Source of the DNA: Candidatus Krumholzibacteriia bacterium
GTDB lineage: Bacteria > Krumholzibacteriota > Krumholzibacteriia > LZORAL124-64-63
Direction: 5' to 3'
Length of the DNA: 58,881 nucleotides
Assembly: GCA_030592845.1 (NCBI GenBank)
Contig: JAUVII010000004.1
Span: forward strand, 1-58,881
Shown here: in pieces, positions 56,062 to 58,881 of the stretch
Position numbering within the stretch: position 1 is the stretch's first letter
Layout of the letters: the number at the start of each line of letters is the position of its first letter
Made by a program: the position numbers and the translations under genes
The notes under the pieces: generated by a model
What the model was told of the DNA's origin: nothing
The model's database searches: none
What the model saw: the letters and a program-made list of their open reading frames with translations, nothing else

Positions 56062-57866
56062 GAACCTTCCTTTGCCCCTTCGTCAGGTTTGGGAATGATC
56101 TGAAGGTTGAGCTCCTTGAGCTGGGCCTCGCTGATCGGGCCGGGGCTGTTGTCCAGCGGACCGGCCGCAAGAGTGGTCTTGGGAAAGGGGATCACTTCCC
56201 TCAGGGAGGGGCTGCCCGTCAGCAGCATGATGATCCGGTCCAGCCCCAGGGCAATGCCCCCGTGGGGAGGCGCTCCGTACCCAAGGGCGTCCAGGAAAAA
56301 TCCGAATTTGTTCAGATACTCCTCTTCGTCCATGCCGACGATCCGGAAGACCCGCTCCTGCAATTCGCGCTGATGGATCCTGATGCTGCCCGAACCGAGT
56401 TCCACCCCGTTGCAAACCAGGTCGTAAAGCTGGGCCCTCCCCGCCCCCGGGTCATCCTCGAGGCCGGCGATGTCCTCGGGTCGCGGCTGGGTGAACATAT
56501 GATGGCAGGCGTCCCACCCTCCGGTCTTGTTCTTTTCAAAGAGGGGAAAATTCCGCACCCAGGCCAGGGCCCAGCTGTTCTCGGGTATCCAGCCCGCGAG
56601 GGAGGCCATTTCCAGCCGCAGGGCACCGAGTGCATCCCTCACCATGGCGATGTCTCCGGCCACGAACAGCAGGAGGTCCCCATCCTGGCAACCGACCCGT
56701 TCCCGCAGGCCTTGCTGGAAGTCGTCCCCCAGGAATTTCGCGATGCCCGTTTCCAGACCCTCGGCGGTCACCTTGGCGCGGGCCAGCCCGAAGGCCCCCT
56801 TCTTCTTGACCAACTCCTCCAACTCATCGACCTGTTTCCGGCTCCAGCCGGCCATGCCGTGACCGTTGAGGCACCGCACGGTTCCCCCGGCCTCCAGGGC
56901 TTTTTCGAAGACACCGAAACCGCAGCCCGGCACCAGGTCGTCCAGACGGTGGATCGGGCAGCCGAAACGAAGATCCGGTTTATCCGAACCGTACATGTCC
57001 ATGGCATCGTCGTAGGAAATGCGTGGGAAGGGAATCGGCAAGTCGATGCCGGAGGCCTCGGCAAAAATGGTGGCCATCATCTGCTCGACCACTTCGAAGA
57101 TCTCGTTCTCCTGGACGAAGCTCATTTCAAGATCGATCTGGGTGTGCTCCGGCTGGCGGTCCGATCGCAGATCCTCGTCCCGCAGGCAGCGGGCGAGCTG
57201 GAAATAACGGTCGACCCCGCTGACCATCAGGATCTGTTTGTAAAGCTGGGGCGACTGGGGCAGGGCGTAGAATTCCCCGTGATGGATCCGGCTGGGCACC
57301 ACGTAGTCCCGGGCGCCTTCGGGGGTTGTCTTGATCAGCAGGGGCGTTTCGACTTCGAGAAAATCCCGGTCCGAAAGGAACCGCCGCGCCGCCTGCGCCG
57401 CCAGGTGCCGGACCCTCATATTGTTGGCCATCACCGGATGCCGCAGATGGATGTAACGATGCTTCAGCCGCAGTTCCTCGCCGGCGCTTTCCGCCTGGTC
57501 GATCATGAAAGGCAGCGGCGCGCAGATATTCAGGATCTCCACCTGGCGGGCCACCACCTCGATGGCGCCGGTGGCCTTGTTCGGATTGACCATGTCCGCG
57601 GGCCGGGCCCTCACCACTCCGGTGATTCCCAACACCGACTCCAGTTTGAACTCCTTGGCTGTCTCCAGCGGCTTGCCGTCCTCGAAGACAATCTGCACGA
57701 TTCCATATCGGTCCCGCAAATCGACAAAAACGACCCCACCCAGATCGCGGATCCTGCCGGCCCAACCGGCCAGCTTGATTTCCGTACCGATGAGGTTCTC
57801 GCCAACCTCACCGCAGCGGTGGGTTCTCATGCTTTCAAAATCTGATGTCATGCTGTTCCGGTTCAC
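56058..57866 (-). CDS. aspS: Aspartate--tRNA ligase
   Basis: OB-fold N-domain, class II motifs ([27 protein letters not shown]) and the bacterial insertion domain. Confidence 0.95.
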   Translation of the reverse strand: MNRNSMTSDFESMRTHRCGEVGENLIGTEIKLAGWAGRIRDLGGVVFVDLRDRYGIVQIVFEDGKPLETAKEFKLESVLGITGVVRARPADMVNPNKATGAIEVVARQVEILNICAPLPFMIDQAESAGEELRLKHRYIHLRHPVMANNMRVRHLAAQAARRFLSDRDFLEVETPLLIKTTPEGARDYVVPSRIHHGEFYALPQSPQLYKQILMVSGVDRYFQLARCLRDEDLRSDRQPEHTQIDLEMSFVQENEIFEVVEQMMATIFAEASGIDLPIPFPRISYDDAMDMYGSDKPDLRFGCPIHRLDDLVPGCGFGVFEKALEAGGTVRCLNGHGMAGWSRKQVDELEELVKKKGAFGLARAKVTAEGLETGIAKFLGDDFQQGLRERVGCQDGDLLLFVAGDIAMVRDALGALRLEMASLAGWIPENSWALAWVRNFPLFEKNKTGGWDACHHMFTQPRPEDIAGLEDDPGAGRAQLYDLVCNGVELGSGSIRIHQRELQERVFRIVGMDEEEYLNKFGFFLDALGYGAPPHGGIALGLDRIIMLLTGSPSLREVIPFPKTTLAAGPLDNSPGPISEAQLKELNLQIIPKPDEGAKEGS

Positions 57867-58881
57867 CCTTCCAGGACTTTCCGCACGGCGGCCAGGAGTT
57901 GAGCCCTGGGCACCGGCGTTTGTTCACCTGTTTCAAGATTCTTCATCTGCAATGTTTCGGTGCGAATCTCATCCTCGCCCACCGCCAGGAGAAACCGGGC
58001 GTTGCGCAGATTGGCCGACCTGGCCTGGGCTTTCAGCGAACGGTCCGAAGTATCGACCTCGACCCGGCAATATCCCCGCAGGATATCCGTGCTCACGAAA
58101 CCATATCGCTGGGCTTCGAGCCCTTTGCAAACGACGTAGATATCCACCTCCGACTGACGGCTCCGCTGGGGATCCACCGGTTCATCGTCCAGATGGAGCA
58201 ACGTCCTTTCGATACCGATGGAAAAACCGATGGCCGGAGTTGGCGGTCCCCCGCATTGCTCCACCAGGTAATCATAGCGGCCGCCACCGGCGAGACTGCT
58301 CTGCTTGCGGCCCGAGGTGGCCGTGATCTCGAACGTCGTGCGGCAATAATAATCCAGGCCCCGCACCAGGGAAGAATCCTCTTCGAAAGGGACTTCCAGG
58401 TCACCGAGCGTATCGAGAACCACCCGGTGATGCCGGCGGCACGGTTCGCAGATCGAATCGGTAATCGGAGGGAACCGGCCCAGAAGTTTCTGAACCCCAT
58501 CATCCTTGGCATCGAACAATCGCAGGGGATTGATTTCGATCCGGGACCTCATATTTGCCGGGATCTCATCGATGTTTTCCATCAGATAAGACCTCAAGTC
58601 ATCAACGTAAGCCGGCTTACAATCAGGACATCCAATACTGTTAACCTTGACCATGAGACCGCGCGCGTCCACGGCCTCGAACAGCGCCATCGCGGTCTGG
58701 ATCACTTCGGCGTCCAAAACCGGACTATCCGAACCAATAGCCTCCAGGCCGACCTGATGGAACTGGCGGTATCTGCCCGCCTGGGGCCGGTCGTGCCGGA
58801 ACATGGGCCCCATGTAGTAGAACTTGACGGTCCCCGGTTGCCGGTTCAGGCCGTTCTCAAGATAGGCCCTGACCACTGAAG
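57863..58881 (-). CDS. hisS: Histidine--tRNA ligase; 5' end lies beyond the window edge
   Basis: Motif 2 context [35 protein letters not shown] and the anticodon-binding C-terminus. The reading frame is open to the window end. Confidence 0.92.
   Translation of the reverse strand, partial: SVVRAYLENGLNRQPGTVKFYYMGPMFRHDRPQAGRYRQFHQVGLEAIGSDSPVLDAEVIQTAMALFEAVDARGLMVKVNSIGCPDCKPAYVDDLRSYLMENIDEIPANMRSRIEINPLRLFDAKDDGVQKLLGRFPPITDSICEPCRRHHRVVLDTLGDLEVPFEEDSSLVRGLDYYCRTTFEITATSGRKQSSLAGGGRYDYLVEQCGGPPTPAIGFSIGIERTLLHLDDEPVDPQRSRQSEVDIYVVCKGLEAQRYGFVSTDILRGYCRVEVDTSDRSLKAQARSANLRNARFLLAVGEDEIRTETLQMKNLETGEQTPVPRAQLLAAVRKVLEG

Noticed and set aside
1-58881. Searched for mobile elements, prophage, toxin-antitoxin pairs, defence systems (RM, CBASS, retron, Cas), tRNA/rRNA/tmRNA and reverse transcriptases
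   Set aside because: No ORF shows transposase, integrase, RT, nuclease-helicase or cyclase signatures. No tRNA-like T-arm (GGTTCGAAT-type) occurs in intergenic DNA. No flanking direct or inverted terminal repeats were noticed. This assessment is by eye only.

Overview
GC-rich bacterial chromosomal segment. Two plus-strand genes sit at the left edge (nfnAB-like). About 46 consecutive minus-strand genes follow, with very short or overlapping junctions. Most of the window is recognisable housekeeping: purine synthesis (purN, purM, purE, purD), aminoacyl-tRNA ligases (argS, glyQ, glyS, aspS, partial hisS), lnt, tatC, nrdR, glyA, rpiB, a tsaC-like gene, ppdK, recO, mgtE and the phoH / 7TM-HD / ybeY / corC block. 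I found no rRNA, tRNA, CRISPR array, transposase, integrase or phage gene.

Two accessory blocks of envelope and surface genes flank ppdK.
(1) 22005-30469 is a tightly coupled five-gene array directly behind ppdK. In order it encodes a BatA/VWA-like membrane protein, a double lamin-tail-domain protein with a FlgD-Ig/T9SS-type C-terminal sorting domain (CTD), two predicted beta-barrel-like proteins and a large alpha-rich protein.
(2) 33378-44295 holds a monocistronic 1058-aa CTD protein, then a unit bounded by a promoter and a terminator. That unit encodes two paralogous ~800-aa lipoproteins and an Asp-box beta-propeller with a CTD.

Three CTD-bearing cargo proteins occur, but no recognisable T9SS core gene is in the window. 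This suggests, by inference only, an FCB-superphylum-like or candidate-phylum organism.

The best candidates for an undescribed system are the lipoprotein-pair/propeller operon and the LTD cargo with its coupled barrel genes. Their functions cannot be assigned from sequence alone. Smaller signals are a G11 homopolymer inside the propeller gene, nested palindromes next to a near-consensus promoter, a 12-nt coding tandem repeat in tatC and a long AT-richer leader upstream of the 1058-aa gene. Most long ORFs antisense to recognised genes are high-GC artefacts.
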